Assembly: GCA_036172245.1 (NCBI GenBank)
Contig: JAYWIR010000010.1
Location: 2,170,001-2,234,000, forward strand
DNA length: 64,000 nucleotides
DNA from: Raillietiella orientalis
Lineage: Eukaryota
Direction: 5' to 3'
Part shown: positions 22,201 through 34,240 of the stretch, one piece after another
Layout of the letters: every line of letters starts with the position of its first letter
Numbering within the stretch: the first letter of the stretch is position 1
The notes under the pieces: generated by a model
Told to the model about the DNA's origin: nothing
The model's database searches: none
What the model saw: only the letters and a program-made list of their open reading frames with translations
Made by a program: the position numbers and the translations under genes

Positions 22201-23720
22201 GTTCTGCGAACTCACGGCAGTTTTTTCGCGACGCGGCGGCTTCTTGCTGCTCTTTGCGATTTTATTTTCTTTCCTCTCCTGGCTTCTTCTGTTTTTTGGA
22301 TTTAACCATCCAGGCTCCTGGTCGTTTTCCCCGGTTACTCCAGCATTTTTCGCCGGAATTCCCGAGGCGGCCTCTGCCTGGAGCGCGGTGGTAGCGTCCT
22401 TCGTGGCTGCTTTCGTTGTCAGTTTTTTTACTTTTTTGGCCGCGAGCATTTTGCCATTTTTGGCAGACGCGACTCGGACGATACTTTGTGAGCACACCGA
22501 CGTGGTGTGCCCCGTGGCTTGGCACTGCTGGCACTGCACATTCGGGTACCTCTTTTTGAGAAGAATTGTAGTGCGAACAATATTTGGGTTTCGCCACGTA
22601 CCACCGGTCTACCGGTTCCCCGGAGACCTGTAGTTTGTGGGGTAACACAGCTCTCGCACAAGGTGATTCGTGCTGCCGCGAGGCCCTCTGGAAGCCCGCT
22701 CTGTTCCACGAAGGGAGAGGGCTTCGTCCACAGCGCGTAGACCGTGAGATATTTGGCAAGTTCGCTACGGATGGCCATCTTGGTCATCCGCATCGTTATT
22801 CCAAGAAGGTGGACCAACATCGAGCGGTCCACCGTGATCGAGAGGAGCCTCCTGCTTCCCATCGCAACGGGGGTCCTGAGAAATCGTTGGGCAAGGTCTA
22901 CCTGCTTGCGGAGCACCTCAGCGTACTGACCCCCACTCCAGATGGTCATCTCAAGAAGCGCCTCTTGTCAGACGCCGTGAGCGTATTTCGAGAAGGCGGC
23001 CGGGCTCTCCGGAGTATGTAAGTGGCCAACCTTGTAGAGGAAGACTGGGTTGTAGCCCTCCTCAATGTAAGCCTTCAGCTCGGCCATGGCTGACGGAGAC
23101 GGGACCGCGGCCACGGCGTTCCAGGCCTTCTCTGGCGCAAGGGACGATTCTGTGGGGGTGGACGCCCCCACCTCCACAGCCTCTGGGAAAGATGAGGGCA
23201 TTTCCCCCCAGCCTTCGTTGGTGGTGGTGTCAGGCATCTCTGCCTCCGCCACCACCGAATCCACACAATCCTCTTAAGAAATAGGAATCGATACACCAGT
23301 CGCGGAGAGACCGAAAAACACGTCCGTGCGGCATCGGGTGCGGCACTGGTGGAAGCCGAAGCCCCCCGGATGCCCTCGTTGACCGGCTGAGATTGCGAGT
23401 CGACCCTCCTTCCGGAACCTGTCCAGGAATCAAGGAGCCATTCCCCTCCGATTGCGAAGTGGAGCCGTACCGTCGCGTACCATGGGGATGGCTGACATCC
23501 TCCTCAAGGGGTTGCCTCTCCAGAGTGTGAAGAAGCGCGCTGCTCCCTCCGGGAGTCCCTCCAAAAAGAATAGGGAAGAGGGGTCCCTTCGGAGACAACC
23601 GAGGTGGAGGGTTCTCTTCGGGGTTCCCTCCCAAGCGTGAGAGGACGGAATCCTTTCTCAGGAGCCCTTCTTGGACTCATGGGGTGATCTCCTCCTGGGG
23701 TACCCTCTAACTCTAAGAGC
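19211..23720 (-). mobile_element. L1/Tx1-clade non-LTR retrotransposon, near-complete 5' part (5'UTR, ORF1, APE endonuclease, RT N-terminus), degenerate
   Basis: ORF1 pieces at 23264-22096 with CCHC knuckle CQQCQATGHTTSVC. APE motifs IACWNVNGLR (about 21650-21625), LVLLQE, GDFN and SDHSLI. Then FSADEI..APGEDGLSAEFF, NWQPIIVVNADAKLLAK, EQSCAVPGRS and DLHKAFD at about 19210-19230. Several frameshifts; interrupted at 19992-20822. Confidence 0.88.
19992..20822 (+). mobile_element. 5'-truncated Tx1/L1-like 3' end inserted antisense into the ORF2 above, 13-bp TSD
   Basis: Encodes the C-terminal zinc finger CARCGEQESLPHLIVDC, then pyrimidine-rich 3'UTR and AATAAA at 20793. Flanked by CTACAAGGCCTGC (19979-19991) and CTACGAGGCCTGC (20823-20835). 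Confidence 0.85.
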
Positions 23721-23901
23721 AATTACGCGCACCCTCGGGTGGCGTCTAACAGGGTTAAAGAACCTTGTGAGTCTCCACGCGGCGAACGGTTCTTGAGTAC
23801 TTAAAAGATGTAGCAAGGCCTGAGGAGGGGAAATTTACGACTGCATCCACGAATAGAGCGTAGATTCGTGGAACAGAACAACGAAGAAACGGCTTTGTTA
23901 A

Positions 23902-24430
23902 CCCTTTGAGTGCTATGGACGCATAGATGCGTCCGACGAAAACTGTCAGTGTGCGCTATGGACGCCGATATGCGTCTGGCACATGTTTTTACCTCGTACA
24001 CGCGACATTAGTTAACACTATCCATGTTTCAGATGGACGCATGCACTTACGTTCTCATAATTCCCTTGGCAACGACAGTAAACAATATCCTATGTATATC
24101 GGCTAAGCATTGTCGGTCTTTCTCGGTGCCGTGCATAATTTATTATATTTATTATCTTTGTGATACCTTAAAAATGTGAATGGATTATTGATTTATTCGA
24201 ATTAGAATTATAATTTTTGAATAAATAATATACGTTTGGAAAAACTAAAAATATTTTATTTAATGTGGTGTAAATAAACAATTACAATAGTAAGTTTAAT
24301 CAGTACTTTATGCAACCAATGGGTACCTCTGATAAGAGCACGCGGTACGCGAGAAAGCGTTCCGTGCAACTGCGACTCGCGTGCCGTCAACACAGAACGT
24401 TTCAATCTGATGAGCTCCGCACCCAAAGGG
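23902..24430 (+). mobile_element. piggyBac-type non-autonomous element (MITE), 529 bp
   Basis: TTAA at 23898-23901 and 24431-24434. Terminal inverted repeats CCCTTTGAGTGC / GCACCCAAAGGG. AT-rich non-coding interior. Confidence 0.88.
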
Positions 24431-27400
24431 TTAAAGGAATTTTTTCTTCACGATGTGCCGGTCGCAGTCAGCAGCTCCAACAGCACACGATTTTGCCTTT
24501 TCTCACAACCTGCGGGAAGAGCTCTTCATCTTTCCCCACGAGGTCTGGGGAACGTCGCCGTGAACCGCAGTCATTTTCTGTGAGATGGCAGACATAGGGT
24601 GCGAACTTCAGCAAGCCCCGAAGAGGAGCCAACCCTGGATTTTGAGCAGCACCCTCGTCAGCGCTGCTCTCGGTGGACACTGCTATCGCCTCGGATTCTC
24701 TTCTGAGGCTGTGCGCGCGCGCCCATCTTCAGTGAAACCCTGGAGCACCTGTTTGTGCTTTCCCATTAGTGGAACTCAGCAGTCTTTGGTTCCCGTCCAA
24801 CCGGCTCACAGAGTGCGCTCAACGCACTCTGTGAACCGGTTGAGAGATTTCCAGAGACATTCTTCAAGAGTTCTGTTCTCACGGGAGAAGTGTTCTTTTC
24901 CACTTGGAGTGCAAAGTGCCTTCAGTGTTTCCGCTAACTCTTGCAAAGGCGCGCGTTCCTGAGCGGTAACTTAAGGCTGGGTTCTGAGATCGTTTAGTTG
25001 CTCCCGGGGAAGTGACTATGCAAAAACACTATTTTGAACACTTGCGTTTCGATCCAGGCAACTTGCCTCTCTAGGAAGTAAAAGCATAGTTGAGGGACCT
25101 TCTGGGACCTCTTGCTTTTTGCACTCCTGATGACCTAAAACGATTTCAGACTTTTCAGATTTCAGACTTCGGGCATTTCGGTTTCGTTTCTTCTGCATCA
25201 CCTCCTTCCTTGAAAAGCACATTCTAGTCGAGGGAAACCATAGATTTTGTTTCGCTCCTCCCTAAAAGGATTCAACGAACCCTGAATTGCAATTCTAACG
25301 ATAAGTTTCTCGAAAATTTTGCAATTTAGGAGCACTTTTAAAATAAGTACGCACGTAATATGTATCTTTTCGTGATTTGGTTCCTGATGCTGCTCGATCT
25401 TTAAGAGGGCTGTGCTACCAGAACTTTGCTCCCGGTAGGGTTTCGAAGCTGCAACTCGGAAACACGTAAAACCAACAGAAAGCCCGTTTCCTCGGAGCAT
25501 TTCTTTGCAGTTGAGCTTCTCAAGTTTCAGGCACTCGACTTCTTCCATTGTGACGGGAAGCTGTACGTCCGCAGAGATCTCTTGATCTGCCGCCGGCGCA
25601 GCGAGCGTCGGAGATCAAACAGAAAGATCCAGCGAGGGAGGAGGGAGGGAAGTGTGCCCACCAGTCTGTGCACACTCCTTTGCATAGCATCCGCGTTTCG
25701 TGTATTCCTTTCTCTAAACGGATCATCTGTCTTTCCCGTAGTCGAATGCGACCAGTGCATCTGGATCACCTTCTCTACCAGAGGCGTTCCTGAGTGCTTC
25801 CCGGCTTCCGAGGGACCACGTACATAAATCAGATATGTCTCATGTATCAGTCTTCTGCTAATCTGGAATCGGATAGTTAATCCCAAACCACAAAACTTCG
25901 TGGGATCTGCTGTTTGGCTATTGTCTCACAGTCGGCAAATAGTCCATCCATTTCCAGGAACATCTTCTCTCTGGGTTCCGGAAACAGTCTTGCTCCTGCC
26001 GCTGGAGGAAATGCCGAGCAGTTTCCACGATATAACCCTCTTCTTTCCTTTTGCCCATTTATTCTTCTCCCGAACGGTAACGAAATTCCCACCCAGCCTG
26101 CATGGCGTTTTGTTGGATGGGAATTTTTCGCGTCATACTGTTCTCTTCAGATGCACACACGCGTCCAGCAAATCTTTCCCCAAGCCTTGTGCTTCAGGAA
26201 CTTTACTCAGAACTCAAAGAGAATTTGGATTGTTCCTGCTCAACACACCACTGGTTCTGTCAAGATTGCATCGGATCGCTTCAGTCATCACTCGGTGAAG
26301 AGTGGCAGCCTCATTTCCGATCGTTGGTTTCGTGCATCAGTAGTGAGGGACACTGCCCCTTTGCTATACAAATGCAATCTAATTTCTTCAACCTGGGACG
26401 CTAACGTCCGGATACATGCTACGGTTTCCAGTGGCGCCAAACGTGGAGCCGTTTCGCATTGGGAGACGTAATTCTCAGTCAGCTGTTCAGAGTTCGGTAT
26501 GGAGAGGCAGCTTCACCAAAAGGCAGTGCATTCATGTTGTCAGCTGCAAATGGATCATTTTTCTTTTCTGTAACCATGACATTAATGACCATTTTCATCA
26601 TCGAGGAAAATCGTATAATTTAAATGGAACGCGACATCCTCCAGCATTAATATATTAACATGCATTTTTTCCATCCAAACAAAACAGTGTTGCATTAAAG
26701 CAGAAGCTTTTATGCTCTCTGTCTTCAGATTGAAGTTCCAGTTAGATTTCTAGAGCTTTTTTAGTTCATCTTTTAGATCTTTTTTTTTTGTTTGACCTTC
26801 CATCGCCCGACCCCATTAGGCGTAACTGGAGCAACAAGAGCCTTTTACATTTAGTGTGTGCAGCCTTCCTCCTACAAACTGCTCAGTTTTACTCCTCATG
26901 TTGAACTTCTTTTTTAAAGCATTCCCCAAGTCTTTCGTTGGGTTCATCCTACTGCTCTTTGGAATGCAAAAGGCTCGATAGCTTCCCAGCAACAAATCAC
27001 ACAGTCAGCTGCCCTTCTCAAGGAATTGCTGTTTTTTGGACGCATGCACTTTAGTTACTCCTCATTTGCCGAGGAAGCCGCAGGAATATGAGAAGAGGTA
27101 GCTGCCGAAATGGTAAAGATGTTGCACTAAAAGTGTTTCCTGAATTTCTAAGTTGTTAAACTACAGGATATTTCATGAAAAATCTGCTTGATGTGTCTCC
27201 ATCGAGTGGCAGACTGATTCAGTTAGAGTTGCTTAATTCCATTTTCTAAGGATCGAAATTTGTGGCAAATCAATATTGGGAAATTACAGAGCATTTCGAG
27301 ATGGACATTCAAATTCTCAGTTCAATGGATTCGAAACAGCTTGCTTACTTAAAGAGGGAGATATCGACCTGATCTATCGACGCTTAAATGCCGGCGTTTC

Positions 27401-27894
27401 TTTTCCTTAGCTTTTTAATTTTGCTACTCAAAGATTCCTTGGATGCAAGGAATGCTTTCAAACACCTTCGGATTTTTGCAATATTTCCATTCGATTTTCA
27501 TGCTATTTTTTCCGGCGTTTTCGTCAACGCGTGTCTCCAAAGTGCTCCGAAAATCTCTCCGTGGTTGCCACGTGCAGGAAACGTCCATCCGAACCGAATC
27601 CCGAGTTACGATTTTGACGGATAACCAATCATGAATCATACCAATCCGACGTCAACATCATCATTTTGGCCAACTTGCAGGGTCCGCCTAAATCCCAGCG
27701 GGCATGAGATTTTCTCCCGTGAATTGTCTGGTAGCGGACTTCACTCAAGCAATTACCAATTTCCCCCACGGTGAAACGGAAGAGAGAACCCATTCGAAGT
27801 CGAAAGACTGCAGGTATGCTCGCATGGCACAAAAAGAAAACAGGCAAATAGCCGCGTGTTCCCAGCAAAGTGCTGTGGACTTGGGAAAACCCTT

Positions 27895-28040
27895 TTTTGT
27901 ACGCGAGAGCGTTCCGTACAAACGATTTTCTGAAAGTCGGAAATCGCGCCATGGAATCCGAAAGGCATCCCTTAGGGGATTTCCGTGAGACCTTTTTTGT
28001 TCCATTTGATGGCGTTCTCGAAATCCGGGTGGGCAGTGGC
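27895..28040 (+). repeat. Dispersed repeat, copy 1
   Basis: AGCGTTYCGTACAAACGATTTTC..GAAATCGYGCCATGGAATC shared with about 31003-31150. Confidence 0.7.
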
Positions 28041-29917
28041 CTTCGCCAACGATGCCGCACAGTTCCAAAGAGGAAGAAGAGTTCGGGAGCTGCGTTTCCG
28101 CGACCGCGTGGTGGATGAGTCGATCTGTGATCTTCATCGGTCTCGGTTCCTCTGTGATCGATATCGCTGGAGCCGAACGGAAAAAGCTTGCAAATAAAAG
28201 TGCCCCCGCGTCACAAAGATCGTGTTCGATCTTGCGCCAAATATGAAAATTGAATTCGTTTCATGAGGAATCGAGTCTGAATGATTTCCTCTGTAGGGCG
28301 CGCCAAAGAGACGACAGTTTTGCATGTATGTTGCGTGTTCTTTAGTTGAAAAATGTAAGTAGACTAAGATAAGTCACGTGGTGAAAGGGGGGGGGAAAAA
28401 AGCAAACACCATCAATTATTTGATCACCAATTCAGCGATTTAAAGTCGAACGCGTAATACGCTATTGGTTTATTATCGCATGTTTGATGTTTTATGGTAC
28501 TATTTCAAAAGTTCACATATATTTTGTCGCACGCTAAGCATCAAATGAAACGTGCATTGGGCATGCTGGAGTGTTTTTAGGCCGAAAACACGGGAAAGTG
28601 TTGAATGACGGGCGTGGTCTTGCCGGGGACTTCACCTATTGCCGCAGGAACTGCCGTTTTTGGCTTGTGCTACATTTTACGCATTACCCCCTTTTTGCTT
28701 CAACCTAGGTGTTCCCTCGTGCGTAACCCTCAAACTCTTGCAAGCTGTTTTGTACTGAACGTGAAATGCGACCGTCAGCAGCATGATGTTGTGTTTCGCC
28801 TTCTCATTCAGCATGGTTTCCCCCCTCCCCCCTTCATTTGCTTTGAATTGATATGTACTTTCCATGTCCAGCAACATCACCTGTTTGATGCTGTCTTGAA
28901 CTTCCACTTGTTTGCTGCGTCTTTCTTATGTTCATTTATGCCCATTTGCTTTCGAGAAGCAGCAATCACTTTCTAGGCTGTGGTTTGGACCACTTCAATT
29001 CCATGTTTCGAATTTGATATGTTTGATACTTCTTCTTTTCCATAAATTGTTCATAAGAAAGTACCCTAGGATTCAAGGATCTTGCAAGCTTCATTTTAGC
29101 CATGATAAAACTGAAATAGGAAATGAAAATATAGCCGACCTCACGGCTTACATGTTTGCAAAGTTCATTGATTTCATAAAACACTCTGTGTCATATTGGA
29201 ACTGTTAAGTTTTTCTTCCAAACTGGACCGGATTCTTAAGGAGGAGACACCTTGTACCAAAACCAGCACCAGTATTTATTGCTACTGGAGACTCTGCACC
29301 CAGTCTGCAGTAGCAATAAGTATTCCATGCTTAAGAGAATCATTCAGGTCACAATGGCAGCCTATTGACACACAGTAGTAGTAGTAGTAGTAGTGACAAG
29401 TGTTGAAGATGCTTCACTATCTCGCACCCATTCATACTTGGCGAAATGCATTGCTCTGCAGTTCCTAAAAGTCAGTAATTATCATCATAAAACGACAACC
29501 TTTGTCTGTGATGCCTATTCATGAAATCATGCCCCATGCAGGCATCATTTTTCCCATGTGTTCTTCACTCCAGGTTTGAGTTTCTTGTCTCCCCTCCCTT
29601 CATCCCCAATCACGGTTGCGTTTACAAATGTGAAATGAGTACAAAATGAGTCGTACAAATGGGTTGCGGCGTCGGAGGGTTAATGCGCATACGCAAACTG
29701 AACAACAAGCACAGGGCGAAACGCGTTCATCTAAATGCACATTTCAACTGTGAACTGCAGCCTTGTGATGCATGGATGTGAAGCATGCGATGCAGGACAA
29801 CGCCCTCCGATGAGCATCTGAAGCACACGTTTCTCCTGCTCCTCGCTGTTCCAAGAGACCGAGAAATGTACCGAATGGGAAGGTCCCCGTCTTCTTCCCC
29901 CTCCCCCCTGAAAACGA

Positions 29918-29980
29918 AAACAACAACAACAACAACAACAAAAAAAAAAACAACAACAACAACAACAACAAAAAAAAAAA
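29918..29980. repeat. Duplicated (ACA)n-polyA microsatellite
   Basis: Direct reading. Confidence 0.9.
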
Positions 29981-31002
29981 GAAGCAAAAAAACGCACGCA
30001 TAAGAAAAATCTTGGCAAATAAACTTCCACATGGAAATCCTTTCCCAGCACGGCGCTCCCCCAACGGATGTATAGGCACTCAGTGGACAGCCTCAAAATC
30101 ATCATTTGAGCAAGTGCACCAAGGACACTCGATTGCCTTATTAACGAAAAGTGTGGAAAGGCCAAGAAACCGAAGTGTGATCCCGTCTTACGTATCCTCT
30201 AATGATTGCTCGCTTATTGAATTTCATTTGAGACTGACGCATTCGGAGGTTTCCCTCGCTGAGAGTCGCCATTTCCCTCAAACCAGCGAATTGTACAGAG
30301 GACGATCAGCAGCTTCCAAGGATCTGTAGCTGGCAACGGTCTCCGAGTTGGCTTTTTTGCGGTGCTTAGATGGCGGCAGGCTGCTGCGGATTTTGTGCAT
30401 GGAAGTGGAAGTGAAAGTTCCCCATCTCCTTGATTTGGGTTCCTCCTATCTGTGCTTCGACCTCGTGCGCACACACATGCGACGCAGAACTCTTCGTGCA
30501 CCGGGGCTTCCCGTGCCGGCGAAGAGTTTTGCGTTTCATCGAAACCGCTTCCTGAGGCAGGCCTTTCTCTCTCTCCATCCATCCATCCAGCCCTCGCCCC
30601 TCGAAATGTGATACACAGGCCATTTCTTCTTGGAAGAGGAGATCCTCTGGCGGGTAGGATCCGAGACAAACGCACGCCAGTTTTCCTGTACCTGCTTACG
30701 ACGCGTTTTGGAATCCAGATGAAGAGGTCTGTTCGCTGCTGGTCCGTCGCTTTCTTCCCCGAAGGAGATGCTGCGCCCCTTGCGACAGCGTAGTGCCAGA
30801 CATATATATGTAACCTCTGAGTGCCGACTCCAGTTCCGTTTCCAGCTTCGGAAAAGAAGCTGAAATGGCGTATTTGCGTCTCCGGATATGACTTGATCAC
30901 TTTTACGTTTTCCTTTTTTTTGTAAGATTGTAAAGAAACCAGAGATGCTCGAAAACTCAAGGAAACCAACGTTTTTTTTTTTTTTTTTTTTCTGTTCTAT
31001 AT

Positions 31003-31150
31003 TTGCACGTGAAAGCGTTTCGTACAAACGATTTTCGAAATCCGAAATCGTGCCATGGAATCAAAAGCATCCACGAGAAGCTTTCGATGCAACTTTCTTT
31101 CGTTTTGACTGTGTCGTTCCCGAAGACCAGGTGGAAAGTGGTCCTCGCGA
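31003..31150 (+). repeat. Dispersed repeat, copy 2
   Basis: See 27895-28040. Confidence 0.7.
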
Positions 31151-32550
31151 ACACATGAATTTGGTTGCGAGCCTGGTTCAGGAGTAGCTGCCGCTCGCTG
31201 CAAGTTCGTTCTTTTCCACGCACGGGAGTGGTTGACGCTCGTTCCCCGTTTTCGTGTAAAAAAAAAAAAAAGGAATTTTTACTCCCTGCCATTTGATATC
31301 AGAAGTTGGCACGCAAGGCGCTGTGTAACGATTGAAGGCTTTGGCTGCTTTCCTCCCCGTCCCTTCTGGTATCTTGTTTGTTTTCCGTGTACCGTAGAAT
31401 TCACTGCCCGCGAAGCTTGGAAGGATTTCTGCTGCCTTGTTAGATAGAATCCATTGAAGTAGACTGTCTTCCTCCTGCGTTCCGGTTTCCCTTCTTCTTA
31501 GACGCAAGTGCCAGGATAGGGGGTATTCTCGGCAATCAGCCGGCCTTGCCTGGAAGCTTTTCTGAATTTCATCATTTTTTTATCAATCGAGACGAAATCC
31601 ATGAATGGGAAAGGGTCATGCCACTTAGCAGGTGTGAGTGGAGTCGTGATAGTGCAAACATCATAACTCCATTCATAAAACGAACACTCGATACGAATGA
31701 AGCTCAGCTTAGAAGGCAAACGGAATGGAGTTGACCCCCAAGAAAAACGCGTGGGCAGAGTAAAGTATGAACAGAAGCTGCTTCTGTGAAATGGTCTTGC
31801 GAAAAGTCGAAGGAAAAATTTTCTCTTGCAATCGATTACGAGGTGTGCTTTTTGCCGGAAAGGTTATAGTGGCATCCTTGGTCTTTTTCGTTTTCACCGC
31901 AAAGCAGCAAATCCGACTCGTCGTATCCAGAATCCGAGAGGTCATGTGGTGTCGAGGGATTTCGCTGCATCCCGGAGTTGACGGTTCTAAACGCGGAAAT
32001 CTCACTTGGGTTTCTTCTGCCATACGGAACAAGCGGCGAACATATCTGAAGTGAGGTGGAATTCTTTGCATACTAAACTGACCAGAGGGCTAGAGCAGCC
32101 AGCCACCTGGCCTAGAGCTAGAGCATAAATAAAGATGGGGGGGGGGAAATGACGTTTTGGGAAATGACGTTTCTGTGGATTACTTCGAAAGTATGGATAT
32201 CTTGGCCGATGTTTGCATGCATGCACTGCGGTAAGTTCCTCCCCACCACCGACTCCGTTTGCGGTTATGTCACACTCTTAGCCGTGTTTCGTTCTTACCT
32301 GATGCTTGACGAGAACTGATTTGGACTCGTTAGGATGCAGTGATATTTTTGTACAACGTAACAGTCTCCATTTCAGTGCAGATAGGTTCAAGCAAACGTA
32401 CTCACCTTTTCCGAGCAACAGCAATGCGATTCCTCAAGTACAAATGGCCGAGCACACTCCCTTTAATGCGTGCATGCAAAAGTGCTTCGAAAGCGCTCGG
32501 GGAATTTTGTCTGAAGGGTGCAGTGAGTGGCATTGCCGTGTGGATTCGTA

Positions 32551-32938
32551 ATGGCTCCTAAGTCCGGTCGTGGGAAGGCGGTGAAGAAGGCAGGCGAGGC
32601 GCAGAAGAACATCACGAAGGGGGACAAGAAGAAGAAGAAGAAGCGCAAGAGGAAGGAGAGTTACACCGTCTCCATCCGCAAAGTGTTGAAGCAGGTGCAC
32701 CCGGACACGGGCATCTCCAGCAGGGCCATGTCGATCATGAACAGCTTCGTGAACGACATCTTCGAGCGCATCGCTCTAGAAGCGTCCCGCCCGTCCCACT
32801 ACAACAAGCGCACCACCATCACCAGCCGGGAGGTGCAGGCCGCGGTGCGCCTGCTGCTGCCCGGAGAACTGTGCTTGGCCAGCACACCATCTCGGAAGGC
32901 ACGAAAGCGGTGACCAAGTGTGCACGAGCTCGAAGTAA
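32551..32938 (+). pseudogene. His2B: Histone H2B pseudogene (orphon)
   Basis: [54 protein letters not shown], then a frameshift. [12 protein letters not shown] lies in another frame and TSSK* (TAA 32936-32938) follows a second frameshift. No histone 3' stem-loop and no neighbouring histone genes. Confidence 0.9.
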
Positions 32939-33342
32939 ACTCTGCTTCCTCCAGCCCGTGATTCCATCAATTTCACAGATGCACCACCTCGCGGCGCTCG
33001 TCGCAGCAAAGTCCGCGTGAGGCAGGTGTTCAGAGACGTCGAACAAAAGGAAACAGTTAACAGACGTTCGGATCCAGCGTCTGTGTGTGTGGAGATGAAA
33101 ACATCTTCCGACTGCTATACGAGGGAGCAGCACCACGAACAAATCGAATGCTGCAAAGTGTGGAAATATTTCAGGAGTCTTCAGCTGCTTTCTCGTCGCT
33201 TGCGAAGGGATGCTTCTTTTTGATCCAGGCGTGCGGATCGAATTGCCCTTCCCGTAGAACAGTACCTTGGCAACAGAAGGCGAAATGACGTGAACAACGA
33301 CCACAGCAACGAATATGTCTCTATTCTCTCAGGCTGCGAAAC

Positions 33343-33591
33343 GTGAAGCCGACCATCTTATTAATGGATGGACCGTGCTCCGCGCTTGATCCAGTGGCAA
33401 CCAATGCGGTCGAAAACCTTATACAAGAGTTGAAATTGAGATTCACTATCACGCAGAGAAGCAAGCCAAAAACTTATCCTGTCGATAGTGTAATTTTTTT
33501 CCATGATGGCAATACTGTTGGAGCTGCAAGCGCCCAAGCGATATTCGAAAATGCTCGATCTCCCCTAACGAGAGAGTACATTCTGGATCAT
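33343..33591 (+). pseudogene. pstB: Decayed C-terminal fragment of bacterial phosphate ABC transporter ATPase PstB (Wolbachia/Rickettsiales-like nuclear insertion)
   Basis: VKPTILLMDGPCSALDPVATNAVENLIQELKLRFTI...DSVIFFHDG...IFENARSPLTREYILDH matches the PstB Walker B/D-loop (LLMDEPxSALDP) and C-terminus. The catalytic Glu is Gly, the H-loop is disrupted by compensating frameshifts (KQAKNLS in another frame), and the N-terminal two thirds are missing. Confidence 0.8.
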
Positions 33592-34240
33592 TCGAATTCA
33601 CCGTTTCCGTCACTTTATGGCCAGTGTGCCCCTGGCCGAGCCAGCATCCTTTTGCAGGCAACAGATATTTTTGAGTCTGTTGTGTGTACCATTCCACCCG
33701 CTGATGTCACCGATCAGCGACGATGCGAAGCCTTTCGAATGCAGGAAAATTAGGTATATGCTCCGAGCTTCTTGGCTGACACGGGGTGTTGCTTGTGGAA
33801 AGTCTGCCGGCAACGAGGCAAAAGTGCTTCAGAAGCGAAAATTAAGTGCTTTAGCAACACGCTGAGCAGTAAATTTTTGAAGCTTTGGTTTCCTTGTCAT
33901 GTAGGTATGGCGTCGTGTTCACTCGCAACTGCAACTTTGGGTTGACCTGATCCAAAGTGCAGCTCCACGGTCGGAAGTTGTACGATTCGTGTTGGAATTG
34001 CTTCTTCGTTTCCACCTGCATGTGCTCATCGCTCCCTCAGAGGGGACACTGATGGTTGCCATCAGTGTTTCCTGCAAGGCAGCACCACGTGCATGCGTTT
34101 TCCCTTCACACTGTCTTCATTTTGAATCTTCGTATGTTTCGAGCGAAGACAACAGCGCGTCTGAAAAAGTGTTGCCACGTGCTGTGCGTTTCCCATTTTC
34201 GGATGCGTTTCTTCCTCTTTTAGTTGTTTAAAAGACGCTG

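Noticed and set aside
24405..24440. Hammerhead ribozyme at CTGATGAG
   Set aside because: No stem II followed by GAAA; it lies at the MITE end.
26900..26960. FRWVHP resembling the Mononegavirales L-protein GHP motif
   Set aside because: The invariant Gly is absent and no other polymerase motifs were found.
28400..29690. Third piggyBac element (GGG|TTAA end near 29680; RLYFHFL fragment)
   Set aside because: No matching left TIR found and the protein similarity is too weak.
33343..33753. Functional pstB or a bacterial contaminant contig
   Set aside because: No Walker A, catalytic Glu lost, no operon context, and the flanks are eukaryotic.
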